From a virus (Duplodnaviria; Caudoviricetes): DNA of 64,000 bases. Shown in pieces: positions 53,692 to 62,832 of the stretch (position 1 is its first letter; every line of letters begins with the position of its first letter). Location of the stretch: positions 1 through 64,000 of the IMG/VR virus record IMGVR_UViG_3300028887_000103; one strand, written 5' to 3'. Under the pieces are notes generated by a model. The model saw nothing but the letters and a program-made list of their open reading frames with translations. It had not been told where the DNA came from and did not search any database. The position numbers were made by a program, and so were the translations under genes.

Positions 53692-54498
53692 ATGCTAATT
53701 TTCTTTGCAGGAGCAGAAGGAGAAGACTTTAGAATAATTCTAAAGCAGGCAGGAGCCAAGAATGTGCTTCAATCGTTTTGGGCTTTAAGACCAGACAAAC
53801 CACCGAAGACAGAGGCGTTTGACAATTATTTACTAGATTCAGGTGGGTTTTCGGCAAGGCAACACGGAGTTGAAATAAGTGTCCAAGAGTATGCTAACTA
53901 CTTGAATATGTATAAAATCAAGTATGCTTTCAACTTGGATGTTCTAGACTTAAAGACGAGTTTGAAAAACCAAGACTACCTAGTCAGAAATACCAACACT
54001 TACATTATGCCAGTCTATCACGGCAATGAATGGATTGACCCTAAAACCAGAGATTTGCTTGATTATTATATCGAGTGCTTCCCATACATAGCCCTAGGAG
54101 GTATGGCAGGCAGAGAAAATAGCAAAGCCAACCTTCCGAAGTTTCTAAATTATGTATTCAAGAGAACTAGAGATAAGACAAAAGTCCACGGGCTAGGGAT
54201 GACGGGGGTGACCTTCCTTCGCAAATACCCGTTCTTCTCGGTAGATTCAACGAGTTGGATTTGCATAAACCGATATGCCCAGAGTAAAGTCTATTCCCAC
54301 GAGATGACCAGAGTTCGGCTTAACAACAGGTCGTGGAGGGAAAATCTTGTTCCAGAAGCAAAACATTGGATTGGAGTGCAAAATGAAATGACAAGGCTAT
54401 GGGATAGACGGGGTATCGTCTGGGGAAACCTCGACTATGATAAACTGATGGCAGAAAGAAAGGTTATGACCTATGAAGAATGGAAGGAAAAGAAATGA
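53692..54498 (+). CDS. dpdA: DpdA-like DNA-guanine transglycosylase, paralogue 2
   Basis: LLDSGGFS, AFNLD, PVYHG, IALGGMAG, VHGLGM, VDSTSW. Confidence 0.82.
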   Translation: MLIFFAGAEGEDFRIILKQAGAKNVLQSFWALRPDKPPKTEAFDNYLLDSGGFSARQHGVEISVQEYANYLNMYKIKYAFNLDVLDLKTSLKNQDYLVRNTNTYIMPVYHGNEWIDPKTRDLLDYYIECFPYIALGGMAGRENSKANLPKFLNYVFKRTRDKTKVHGLGMTGVTFLRKYPFFSVDSTSWICINRYAQSKVYSHEMTRVRLNNRSWRENLVPEAKHWIGVQNEMTRLWDRRGIVWGNLDYDKLMAERKVMTYEEWKEKK

Positions 54499-55076
54499 GA
54501 GATTTTAACCCAGATAACATACAGATTGTGGGTATAGATGAGGTTCGGCCTAACGGCTGGAACCCTAAACTTGAAAATACACCAGAATATCAAAAGATTG
54601 TAGAAAGTATCCAAGTCAATGGCTTCAAGTCCCCTATTATCGTGCGAGAAGTAGAAGGAGAAGACGGCTATGAAATCTGTGACGGTTGTCAGAGATGGAA
54701 TGCCGCTAAACAACTAGGCTTTGACAAAATCTACATTTACAACTTGGGTAAGATTTCAGAAAGTGAAGCGAAGTCTATCACTATCTGGATGGAAACTCAA
54801 GTCAAGTTTGATGAGTTGCAACTTGCACCACTTGTGGCAGAATTAAACGATTTGCAAATGACAATGCCATACACGGAAGATGAAGTTCAAGATTACATAA
54901 ATATGCTTCACTTCGATTTTGAGGGTGATGGCAAAATCAGTTTGAGTGTTAAATGCACTCCAGAACAGTTCGATAAGATTAAAGAATGTCTGAATGTCTA
55001 TACTTACAACAATGAAGTGGAGGAAGACAAGGCTTTGGTGGAAATGGTAAAACTAGGAGTGAAGAGGTATGAGTAG
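54495..55076 (+). CDS. ParB-N-terminal-domain protein 2
   Basis: VRPNGWNPK..GFKSPIIVR..YEICDGCQR. Confidence 0.8.
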   Translation: MRDFNPDNIQIVGIDEVRPNGWNPKLENTPEYQKIVESIQVNGFKSPIIVREVEGEDGYEICDGCQRWNAAKQLGFDKIYIYNLGKISESEAKSITIWMETQVKFDELQLAPLVAELNDLQMTMPYTEDEVQDYINMLHFDFEGDGKISLSVKCTPEQFDKIKECLNVYTYNNEVEEDKALVEMVKLGVKRYE

Positions 55077-55701
55077 TGATTTTGACCCAAAAAATCTGAA
55101 GAAGATTAAAATATCTGAAATGCTGTTTAACGACTGGAATCCGAAGGAGAATGAAAAAGACTATGAGAAGGTCAAGAAGTCGATAGTCGTCAATGGATTG
55201 GTCACTCCAATTTTTGTGCGTAAAACAGATGAGGGCTATGAGGTTGTCGATGGTAATCAGAGGGCAAGGGCTTGCAGAGAGTTAGGTTACACAGAAATCT
55301 ATGTCTATGATTTAGGTGAAATCAGTGAGGCAGAGGCAAAACAACTAGTTCTTTATCTTCAGATTCAAGTTCCGTTCGTAACTGATATGCTAGCACCAAT
55401 CGCTGTGGAATTGGAAAGTCTAGGTATGGAGTTGCCCTACAATGAAAAAGAGATGCAGAAGTTTCGTGATTTAGAAGCGTTTGATATGGACACGGCTTAT
55501 GAAGACGAAGAACCAGTGCCAGAGCCAGAAAAACCAGAAGACGAGATAAAAGAAAAACTTAAAACCTACAAGATTAAACTCCAACCAGAAGATTTCGATA
55601 TAGTGCGAGATGCTATTGATAAAGTCATAATGTCCGAGAATGTGAATGAAGGCAGGGCTTTGGAGTTGCTTTTGCTTGTGGCGATGGAATGGGAAAGTTA
55701 G
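55069..55701 (+). CDS. ParB-N-terminal-domain protein 3
   Basis: FNDWNPK..GLVTPIFVR..YEVVDGNQR. Confidence 0.8.
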   Translation: MSSDFDPKNLKKIKISEMLFNDWNPKENEKDYEKVKKSIVVNGLVTPIFVRKTDEGYEVVDGNQRARACRELGYTEIYVYDLGEISEAEAKQLVLYLQIQVPFVTDMLAPIAVELESLGMELPYNEKEMQKFRDLEAFDMDTAYEDEEPVPEPEKPEDEIKEKLKTYKIKLQPEDFDIVRDAIDKVIMSENVNEGRALELLLLVAMEWES

Positions 55702-55829
55702 AATAGGTCCTACGAGGCGTTTTAAGCCGTCTAGGAGCCGTTCTAGAACAAAAGTAGTATCCAGTATCGTTCTTGACAATAAAGAGGCTTATACTTGATT
55801 TTAGAGGCGTTTTCAGTTATAATGTAAAT

Positions 55830-56096
55830 ATGAGAACGAAATATAATCTCAAAGAAGATGAAGAAGTCATTGTCACAGTGGCACAAATCATCGACATCGT
55901 AGAAGGAATTGCTAGCATCAGCAATCTCATAGATGACGAGATTAAGAATATGCCACCAGAAAAACAGAGAAAAGCCACTATTACTATTTTGGCACTGTTT
56001 ACTGTCGTGGCTAGACTTTTCCCGTCCAAGCAAAGAAAGTTGATATTCAAGGATTTGAAAGAAGTCTGCGGGGTTGACTTGATGGATTTGCTCTAA
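55830..56096 (+). CDS. Hypothetical protein
   Basis: ATG after TATAAT; coupled to next ORF. Confidence 0.5.
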   Translation: MRTKYNLKEDEEVIVTVAQIIDIVEGIASISNLIDDEIKNMPPEKQRKATITILALFTVVARLFPSKQRKLIFKDLKEVCGVDLMDLL

Positions 56097-56437
56097 TGAG
56101 AGAAGACAACCGCTGTCCAGAGGGTTATCCAGTCTTCAGAGATGGTGGGTTTCACAAGAATCTTCTAGTAGATGAAGGCACCTACATAGTTGATAGATAC
56201 GGCAGAGTTTGCGTTACCACAACCAGCAATAAATGGGAAAAATTGCAGGGGTCTGTCCAAGAATGGAATCAAGGTTTCGTCCGTGCTAGGTATTTTAGCA
56301 ACAAGGGCGATTTTTTGACCTATTCTAATCAAATACGGCTTGCTACAGCCGAAGAAGTGGAAAAAACGAGGAAATGGGCAAAATCCGTGGAAATGCCGTA
56401 TGAAATGGATAAAAATGGGCAGTTTCGCCTCTGTTAA
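56096..56437 (+). CDS. Hypothetical protein
   Basis: Coupled ORF. Confidence 0.6.
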   Translation: MREDNRCPEGYPVFRDGGFHKNLLVDEGTYIVDRYGRVCVTTTSNKWEKLQGSVQEWNQGFVRARYFSNKGDFLTYSNQIRLATAEEVEKTRKWAKSVEMPYEMDKNGQFRLC

Positions 56438-56463
56438 ACCTGTGGAAAACTCCTCAAGAAAAA

Positions 56464-56504
56464 GTCAAAAAAGTATTGATTTTTTGCTATTTTTTTGTTA
56501 TAAT
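56464..56504 (+). repeat. 41-bp promoter cassette, copy 2
   Basis: Near-identical to 29614-29654. Confidence 0.85.
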
Positions 56505-56550
56505 ATAGGTATAGGGGGAAAGGGTAAATTAAGGAAAAGAAAGGAAAAGT

Positions 56551-56853
56551 ATGAGAATTACAATTTACCAACCAGTCAAGCCAGAATATATGTTTAGGGT
56601 TGACGAAAATAAGCACTTTTACAAAATCAGAGATTACGAGATAGTCTTTGACGAAATAGAAGATGACGGAATCTACTTAAATCAAGCAGACAAAGATATT
56701 TTGGAAGGCTTGTTTGAAAGATTCAACTGTGGGGAATATCCAGAAAGTTATCGTGGACACAGTTTGTCCGTTGGTGACATTGTGGAATTAAATGACAATC
56801 TTTACATCTGTGACAGTATCGGATGGAATAAGATTGAATGGGTAAAGGATTAA
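56551..56853 (+). CDS. YodL-like domain protein
   Basis: YRGHSLSVGDIVEL..YICDSIGW. Confidence 0.75.
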   Translation: MRITIYQPVKPEYMFRVDENKHFYKIRDYEIVFDEIEDDGIYLNQADKDILEGLFERFNCGEYPESYRGHSLSVGDIVELNDNLYICDSIGWNKIEWVKD

Positions 56854-56862
56854 GGAGGAGAT

Positions 56863-56988
56863 ATGATAATCTTAAGCAAAGAAGAAGCCAGAAGGATGGA
56901 GAAGAACATCATCGACCCAGAGACAGAAATGTCGGAGATGGACTTATTTGAATGGCAACATTGTAACGAAGACTGGAGGATAGCATAA
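56863..56988 (+). CDS. 41-aa hypothetical protein (not in ORF track)
   Basis: SD AAGGAGG; stop overlaps next ATG. Confidence 0.55.
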   Translation: MIILSKEEARRMEKNIIDPETEMSEMDLFEWQHCNEDWRIA

Positions 56989-57179
56989 TGGATGCTAGAC
57001 AAGCAAGGGAAAGGTTGGCTGAAATCAGGTATATGTATAAGACCAAACAGATTGAAGCCGATGAAGCATATAGGTTGGCAGAAGAGCCACTAAAGATTTA
57101 TAATGACAAAGCGACTGAAATTGCTAAGAAATATGGAGTCAGACCAAAAACATTACCAAACAAGATAATCTATTGGTAG
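56988..57179 (+). CDS. Hypothetical protein
   Basis: Coupled ORF. Confidence 0.6.
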   Translation: MDARQARERLAEIRYMYKTKQIEADEAYRLAEEPLKIYNDKATEIAKKYGVRPKTLPNKIIYW

Positions 57180-57191
57180 AAAGGAGTTGAA

Positions 57192-57428
57192 ATGAAAAAG
57201 ATTAAAGTAGAAATTCATATAGATTGTGACCCGATGGCGAGATATCAAGAGTATCTAGGCAAAAAGGTTTTCAAGATTTTAGGTCAAGAATATCGGAGAC
57301 CAGATTGGACACTTTTCGGGGATTGGGTGTGGGAGAATGTAGAAATGGATGAAGAAACTGAAAAGAAGGTCGGAGAGTTGCTAAAAGATGCCTATGAAAA
57401 AAATATGTGCCGATATGCACAATGGTAG
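57192..57428 (+). CDS. Hypothetical protein
   Basis: SD AAAGGAG. Confidence 0.65.
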   Translation: MKKIKVEIHIDCDPMARYQEYLGKKVFKILGQEYRRPDWTLFGDWVWENVEMDEETEKKVGELLKDAYEKNMCRYAQW

Positions 57429-57437
57429 GGAGGACAG

Positions 57438-57665
57438 ATGAGTTTTAGATTAAATCAAAATGCCAGAGATTTCTACGGAGATAAAGACTATACAATTTCG
57501 GAAGGGATATTGTCTGGAAAAGGAAAGTTGATAGTCAGACGAGATATGACTACAAACTGGAAAAACCAGTATCTTTATCGTGAAGGGTTGATAGTAATGC
57601 AGGTGGATGGACGAGAAGCAAAGAAATTTGCTAAAGATAACAATTTAACAATAGGAAAGGAATAG
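57438..57665 (+). CDS. Hypothetical protein
   Basis: SD GGGAGG. Confidence 0.65.
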   Translation: MSFRLNQNARDFYGDKDYTISEGILSGKGKLIVRRDMTTNWKNQYLYREGLIVMQVDGREAKKFAKDNNLTIGKE

Positions 57666-57667
57666 AT

Positions 57668-57958
57668 ATGAAATACAATAAGAATCTATCTTTAGGACAA
57701 AATGCTATGCGTGGAGTAGATATTACAGAACCAGATGAGATATTTACACCAGAGAATACTAGGTGGGAAGTAGAAGAGAATGAATATGGGCATCAAGAAA
57801 GTCACCTTGTCTATACAGGAGATATGGAAGAACTTGTGGAAGAAACTGGGTTAACAGAAGATGAGTTATATGACGAACTAGCAGAATATGAAGCAGAAAG
57901 TTTAGATTTGATTGAATCCCAACGAGAAATAGATGAAGCCAGAAAAGGTCAGTATTGA
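57668..57958 (+). CDS. Acidic hypothetical protein
   Basis: SD GAAAGGA; Glu/Asp-rich. Confidence 0.65.
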   Translation: MKYNKNLSLGQNAMRGVDITEPDEIFTPENTRWEVEENEYGHQESHLVYTGDMEELVEETGLTEDELYDELAEYEAESLDLIESQREIDEARKGQY

Positions 57959-57998
57959 TAAGATGAATTTTTGCTGTATAATGTAAGAAAGGAGTCTA

Positions 57999-58421
57999 AT
58001 GAAAATCATAGATTTTGAAAAGAAAGGAAATGTCGTCAAGTTCTACTTGGGCATATCCAAAGATTTTACTGGAGATGATTGGAATGATGCACCTTATGAC
58101 TGTAACGCAGAAAGAGTTTCGTCAGAGTATATTCTAGGCACTATGGAAGTGATGTTCCCATACGATTATTCGGTGAGAGAGCCGAAAGAGCCAGAATGGG
58201 AAAGACATTCTTGGACAAAAGATGATATGAAAAATAGGAAAGTCCCCTGCATAGTGGCTAAAAGATATCCAGAAGACGAAAGTGAAGATTATTTTGACAA
58301 GGTATTGGCTGATTCAGAATCTCTAAAGGTGTATTTTGGAGACGATGTAGCGGATGTTAAGAGTTTGCTTTATTCGGCAGACGATAAGATAGTGGCGAAT
58401 ATATGTTTGAAAAAGTTTTAA
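57999..58421 (+). CDS. Hypothetical protein
   Basis: SD AAAGGAG; GDDWNDAPYDCNAE. Confidence 0.7.
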   Translation: MKIIDFEKKGNVVKFYLGISKDFTGDDWNDAPYDCNAERVSSEYILGTMEVMFPYDYSVREPKEPEWERHSWTKDDMKNRKVPCIVAKRYPEDESEDYFDKVLADSESLKVYFGDDVADVKSLLYSADDKIVANICLKKF

Positions 58422-58672
58422 GCAAAGAAGAAATCGAAGAATTAAATAGAAAAGCATACGAAACTTGTGCTTGGGAAATTACTTCGGAAGCAGAAGATGA
58501 AAAAGCAATAAAAAAAATAAAGGCTTGGGAACGACTGAAAGAAAAAGGGTTCAGATTTAAGGGTTGGAGAACTGCTGACTTGGGTGCAGATAAATACTAT
58601 TTCGTAATAACAGCCGAAGCCGATGATGCCTGTAAAGATGACCTGGACATTTGTTTCGGAGGTAAAGAATGA
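58403..58672 (+). CDS. Hypothetical protein
   Basis: Coupled ORF. Confidence 0.55.
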   Translation: MFEKVLSKEEIEELNRKAYETCAWEITSEAEDEKAIKKIKAWERLKEKGFRFKGWRTADLGADKYYFVITAEADDACKDDLDICFGGKE

Positions 58673-58905
58673 AGTATAAAATTGGCAGGAAGTATGGATG
58701 GTTTGACCGTGCTAACAGAAAAATAGAAACAGTGACATTAGTAGGTGTTCATAGAGATTGCACAAAACCGTGGAATTTTGGCAAGGAACCGATGGAGTAT
58801 TATGTCCAGTTTGACAATGGAGAAATTACGATGGGTTACGAGAATAATTTGCTTACGGAATATATTGATTCAAATGGAGTTAAACATAAAGGAGGCGAAG
58901 AATGA
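58669..58905 (+). CDS. Hypothetical protein
   Basis: SD GGAGG, ATGA overlap. Confidence 0.6.
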   Translation: MKYKIGRKYGWFDRANRKIETVTLVGVHRDCTKPWNFGKEPMEYYVQFDNGEITMGYENNLLTEYIDSNGVKHKGGEE

Positions 58906-59180
58906 ATAAAGAGAAGAAGAATGGGTATTGGTTTAGCCCTTGCATAAACTGTGGGCAAATGCCTACGGTAGAAGACACAGAATTATGTGGGCCTTGCTGT
59001 TTCGGTGAAGCAGATAGTTTATGGGATTGGCTTTGGGAAGATTGGAAAGGCTGTAAAAAAGCCAGCAAGTATGCCTCGAAATTATTGAAAGAAGTAAATG
59101 GTGCGGGGTTAAGATATATACCAGATATTGAAAATCGTTTGAAAGAAATAGTGAAGGAGGGTAAAGATGGGAATGTTTGA
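58902..59180 (+). CDS. Hypothetical protein with CxxC motifs
   Basis: CINCG..CGPCC. Confidence 0.6.
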   Translation: MNKEKKNGYWFSPCINCGQMPTVEDTELCGPCCFGEADSLWDWLWEDWKGCKKASKYASKLLKEVNGAGLRYIPDIENRLKEIVKEGKDGNV

Positions 59181-59448
59181 TTGGGTGCAAAGAAAACCTG
59201 CTAAGTGTCCTGTCTGTGGAAAAGATATTGACGAGTTCCAGAGTAAGGATGGGTTCAAAAAATTGCTAAAAGTTACCCCAGAGCAACTCATAAAGGACGC
59301 ATACGAGGTATTAGGCGAAACGGAAGTCCAGTACTACGGATATTGTGATAACGGCTGTGGGGCACTTTATTATATCTACAATAGACAGAAAGGTAAATGG
59401 ACAGAAGATTTTTTGAAAAACGAGGAGTTATATGAACAAAAAGATTAA
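59167..59448 (+). CDS. Zinc-ribbon protein
   Basis: CPVCG..FQSKDG..CDNGC. Confidence 0.6.
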   Translation: MGMFDWVQRKPAKCPVCGKDIDEFQSKDGFKKLLKVTPEQLIKDAYEVLGETEVQYYGYCDNGCGALYYIYNRQKGKWTEDFLKNEELYEQKD

Positions 59449-59533
59449 AGGTTTAGAGCCAGCATTCTGGATTTTTCTAATTATCGTGGCGATAATGACA
59501 ATCATTGCTGTAAAGGTGGCTTATGGCATCTAG
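59432..59533 (+). CDS. 33-aa single-TM peptide (not in ORF track)
   Basis: SD GAGGAG; MNKKIKGLEPAFWIFLIIVAIMTIIAVKVAYGI. Confidence 0.5.
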   Translation: MNKKIKGLEPAFWIFLIIVAIMTIIAVKVAYGI

Positions 59534-59541
59534 GAGAAAGA

Positions 59542-60000
59542 ATGCTCGTATTTTGTGATATAGATGGGGTTTTAGCCGATTGTAACCACAGACTGCATTA
59601 CTTAAGCGAGAAGAATTACGACAAGTTCTATTCCGAAGAAGAAATGATGAATGACAAACCTATTGAAGAAGGTTTAGGTTTGCTTGAGATACTTTTGAAT
59701 GACCCATTCTGCAGGGTAGTTCTCTTAACGGGGAGGCCATATCGGACAGAGAAACAAACTAGGGAGTGGCTAAAAACATACAGTTACCATAAAGGCATTG
59801 AAAAAATAGATATTGTTATGCGTAAAGACCACGACTACAGACCATCAGAAGTGGTTAAAGTAGAAGCACTAAACCAGTTCAATACGGGAGACTTCAAACT
59901 TGGAGTTTTAGTTATTGATGACGACCCCAAGAATGTGGTTGCTGTGGAAAAGGGTGTGGAAAACTGTAAAGGTATTCTCTTTGGAACATCAAGATTATAG
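59542..60000 (+). CDS. Stand-alone HAD phosphatase (PNKP phosphatase-like)
   Basis: DIDGVL, LTGRP, MRKDHDYRP, IDDDP. Confidence 0.85.
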   Translation: MLVFCDIDGVLADCNHRLHYLSEKNYDKFYSEEEMMNDKPIEEGLGLLEILLNDPFCRVVLLTGRPYRTEKQTREWLKTYSYHKGIEKIDIVMRKDHDYRPSEVVKVEALNQFNTGDFKLGVLVIDDDPKNVVAVEKGVENCKGILFGTSRL

Positions 60001-60059
60001 TTGATTTCTACCTGCATCGAAATTATAATTGGGTTATAAATTAACAACCCGGAGGTAGA

Positions 60060-60383
60060 ATGATAAAAGATATAAAAGAAATAAGCCAGAGCCAAAGCAC
60101 TATGACAGAGAGTGAATTGCAGGTGGTGGTTGCTTGTAAATGGCTAAAAATCGGTATTCCAAGTATGGCAGGAGGGGAGGCATTGGCAATGTGGCTTGAG
60201 AAGCACATAGATGGGATAGAAAGCATCTTTGGTGCTGATGATAGGGTATATATCAGGACAAAAACTCCAGAGTTAAATAAGGAGTTAGCAGAGTTTCTAA
60301 TAGGAAAGGAGGTAGGTGACGAATTACAGTGGAAAAAATGTAAAGAGTCAGACCGTTGGTGGTTGATGGTTTGGTGGGATTGA
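60060..60383 (+). CDS. Hypothetical protein
   Basis: SD GGAGG. Confidence 0.65.
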   Translation: MIKDIKEISQSQSTMTESELQVVVACKWLKIGIPSMAGGEALAMWLEKHIDGIESIFGADDRVYIRTKTPELNKELAEFLIGKEVGDELQWKKCKESDRWWLMVWWD

Positions 60384-60483
60384 GGGGAATGATAATGTCT
60401 GATGACCACTGGGCTTCCGAAGGTAGAAAGTGGCAAAATCAAATTAACAAACTAATAGATACTTACAGAGAAAGGGTAAAAAA

Positions 60484-60729
60484 ATGGCAACAAAAAAATT
60501 CAAAAAGGTAACAGTTTATCTTTATTCACAAATAGAACCACTCGTGTTTGAAGATGGTTGGTTCTATGTGACCCCAAAAGATTTGAGCGACACTAGGGTA
60601 GAAGAGTTTATCCCGATGGGCCCAAACTTTGTCCGAAAAACAGATATTAGCAAGATTTTTGTAGAAGATGTCGTGAGAGAAGTAGAAGATAAGAAGGAAA
60701 AGAAAGATGAGAATGACAAAGGAAATTAA
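60484..60729 (+). CDS. Hypothetical protein
   Basis: SD AAAGGG. Confidence 0.6.
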   Translation: MATKKFKKVTVYLYSQIEPLVFEDGWFYVTPKDLSDTRVEEFIPMGPNFVRKTDISKIFVEDVVREVEDKKEKKDENDKGN

Positions 60730-60898
60730 ACTTACTTGTAACGGAGATTCTCCAGACGAGTTGCAATGTAGTTTAGAATACGATAATTGGCACTTTGACG
60801 GGACTTATGATGAAGTCAAAGAACAACTAGATAGTTTGATAAATCAAATGGATTATGAGGTAAAGAAAGGTAGAAAGTATGAAAGTCAATACAAATAA
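60707..60898 (+). CDS. Hypothetical protein
   Basis: Coupled ORF. Confidence 0.55.
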   Translation: MRMTKEIKLTCNGDSPDELQCSLEYDNWHFDGTYDEVKEQLDSLINQMDYEVKKGRKYESQYK

Positions 60899-61160
60899 GA
60901 TGCGAGATAAGATATTAGCACTAGTTAAAAAAGATGCTAGGTTTGCCAACGATGACAAATTGCTAATCGCTGCTATCTGGTGGGGTGAAGGGTGGAAAGA
61001 TAAAGAACTCTACAAACACTTGAAGGCTGTGTCCAGTGCTGAAACTATCAGAAGGACTAGAGCCAAACTAGTGGAAGAGGGGTTGATTAAGCCAAATGAA
61101 AAAGTTCAACAAGCCAGAAAAGAAGCAGAGCAGTGGGCAAGGGGTGATTTAGGCTATTAA
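60879..61160 (+). CDS. Hypothetical protein
   Basis: Coupled ORF; SAETIRRTRAKL. Confidence 0.65.
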   Translation: MKVNTNKMRDKILALVKKDARFANDDKLLIAAIWWGEGWKDKELYKHLKAVSSAETIRRTRAKLVEEGLIKPNEKVQQARKEAEQWARGDLGY

Positions 61161-61178
61161 ACAAACAAGGAGGTAAAG

Positions 61179-61454
61179 GTGCCATTTCATTTAGTTTATG
61201 AAGAAGAGGGGAAAGTCAGAAGACAACAATTTAGCAGTTACTATCAATGCGTGGTGAAGAAGGAACAACTTCGGAAAAAAGGAATAACAGCAAAATACGG
61301 GGAAAGCGGTAGTGATGTAACCCAGCACTATGAAAATAAGATATTCGGGGTAGGAGATAAAGAAGCCATCAAAAGATTTTTGAAAGTCTGCGATAATGTT
61401 GGTGACCTACACAATTCTAAAACTTATGCTAAAATGAAGGCTAAAAAGGAATAA
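61179..61454 (+). CDS. Hypothetical protein
   Basis: SD AAGGAGG, GTG start. Confidence 0.6.
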   Translation: MPFHLVYEEEGKVRRQQFSSYYQCVVKKEQLRKKGITAKYGESGSDVTQHYENKIFGVGDKEAIKRFLKVCDNVGDLHNSKTYAKMKAKKE

Positions 61455-61456
61455 GA

Positions 61457-61750
61457 ATGGACGAATTGGTAGAAAAGGTTAAAATCTGGGGAAGGGAAAA
61501 AGGCATTGACAATCCTTCCCGACAATTAAACAAGGTGACAGAGGAAGTAGGTGAGTTAGCCCACGAGGTATGCAGAGATAGACTAGATAGCGAAGAGTTC
61601 CGAGATGCAATCGGAGATGTTCTAGTGACAGTGATAATCCTAGCCGACATAACAGGAAATGACCCAAAAGAATGTCTAGAGGAAGCCTATAACGAAATAG
61701 CAAATCGGAAAGGAATTACCTCTGATGGAATGTTCATCAAAGACTTGTGA
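61457..61750 (+). CDS. MazG-like nucleotide pyrophosphohydrolase
   Basis: QLNKVTEEVGEL..DAIGDVLVT..CLEEAYNEIANRKG. Confidence 0.85.
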   Translation: MDELVEKVKIWGREKGIDNPSRQLNKVTEEVGELAHEVCRDRLDSEEFRDAIGDVLVTVIILADITGNDPKECLEEAYNEIANRKGITSDGMFIKDL

Positions 61751-61807
61751 AAATAGATGAAAGGTGTTATAATATAAGTATTAACAAATTAAGAAAGGAA
61801 GGCAAGT

Positions 61808-62587
61808 ATGAGTCATTTCGTAGTTATGGTGACTAGAACAGATGAAGATTCAGTTGAGTCACAACTAGAACCTTTTTACGAGCAAGGGAATGAAAATGAT
61901 TCCTTTATGGAAAAGGAGTATTATCTAAAGAATGACGAAAAGGAAATAGAGGAGTGGTTAGATAGCGAAATCAAAAGTTTCAATGAACATCTAAACAATC
62001 CAGATGTTTCAGTAGACAACAAAAGGTGGTGTCAAAATTGTCTGAAAGATTTAGAGAGAATTAAGAATCTTAAGACCGTCAGAGGTAAATTGAAGGCTAT
62101 CAAGAGGCACGAAGGAGGAGGGCTTGACAAAGATGGGCTATATTGGTTAAACAACCCGAATGCCCAATGGGACTGGTGGTCAATTGGTGGCAGGTGGGAT
62201 GGCTGGTTGGTGGATAAAAATGGTATTCATTGTAACATCTGCACAGTAAAAGATTTAGATTTTGATAGGATGCGAGAAGCAGAAAAGGAAAGTCGTGCTA
62301 GATATTATGACCAAGAAATGAAAAAGAAGGAAGAAAAGCCAGAGTATAAGCCACTATTCTGGGATTTCGACCATATTCCTACGAGAGAAGAATATATTAA
62401 CAAGGAACTTTCAGTAGCACCTTATGCGTTTCTACACGACGGGGAGTGGGTTGAGAGAGGCGAAATGGGTTGGTGGGGAATAAGCAATGACAAATTCTCT
62501 GCTGAAGAATGGGATAAGAAGTTTGAAGAGTTCATCAAAAGTCTAGACCCAGAAACAGAAATAACAATTGTAGATTGCCACATATAA
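61808..62587 (+). CDS. Hypothetical phage protein (WDWWxIGGRWDG motif)
   Basis: SHFVVMV..NPNAQWDWWSIGGRWDGWL..GEMGWWG..VDCHI. Confidence 0.75.
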   Translation: MSHFVVMVTRTDEDSVESQLEPFYEQGNENDSFMEKEYYLKNDEKEIEEWLDSEIKSFNEHLNNPDVSVDNKRWCQNCLKDLERIKNLKTVRGKLKAIKRHEGGGLDKDGLYWLNNPNAQWDWWSIGGRWDGWLVDKNGIHCNICTVKDLDFDRMREAEKESRARYYDQEMKKKEEKPEYKPLFWDFDHIPTREEYINKELSVAPYAFLHDGEWVERGEMGWWGISNDKFSAEEWDKKFEEFIKSLDPETEITIVDCHI

Positions 62588-62595
62588 GGAGGCGA

Positions 62596-62832
62596 ATGAC
62601 AAAAGGTAGAATAAGACTAGAGTGGGATGGCCGAGTGCTTGAAGAACAAGAAGATGGCTCAATTACTATTTCGTTAAATAGAGAAGACCTGCTAGAATGC
62701 ACTGTTCAGATATACGGAGAGTATCTTCTAAAAGGTGGCAAGAAAAGTGGCTTCGGAAAGTATATTGACGAAGAATTAAGAAAAGTGAGAGAAGAAAGGA
62801 TTAAGAGAGAATATGGAAAACAAGAAAGTTAA
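62596..62832 (+). CDS. Hypothetical protein
   Basis: SD AAGGAGG before ATG 62596. Confidence 0.6.
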   Translation: MTKGRIRLEWDGRVLEEQEDGSITISLNREDLLECTVQIYGEYLLKGGKKSGFGKYIDEELRKVREERIKREYGKQES

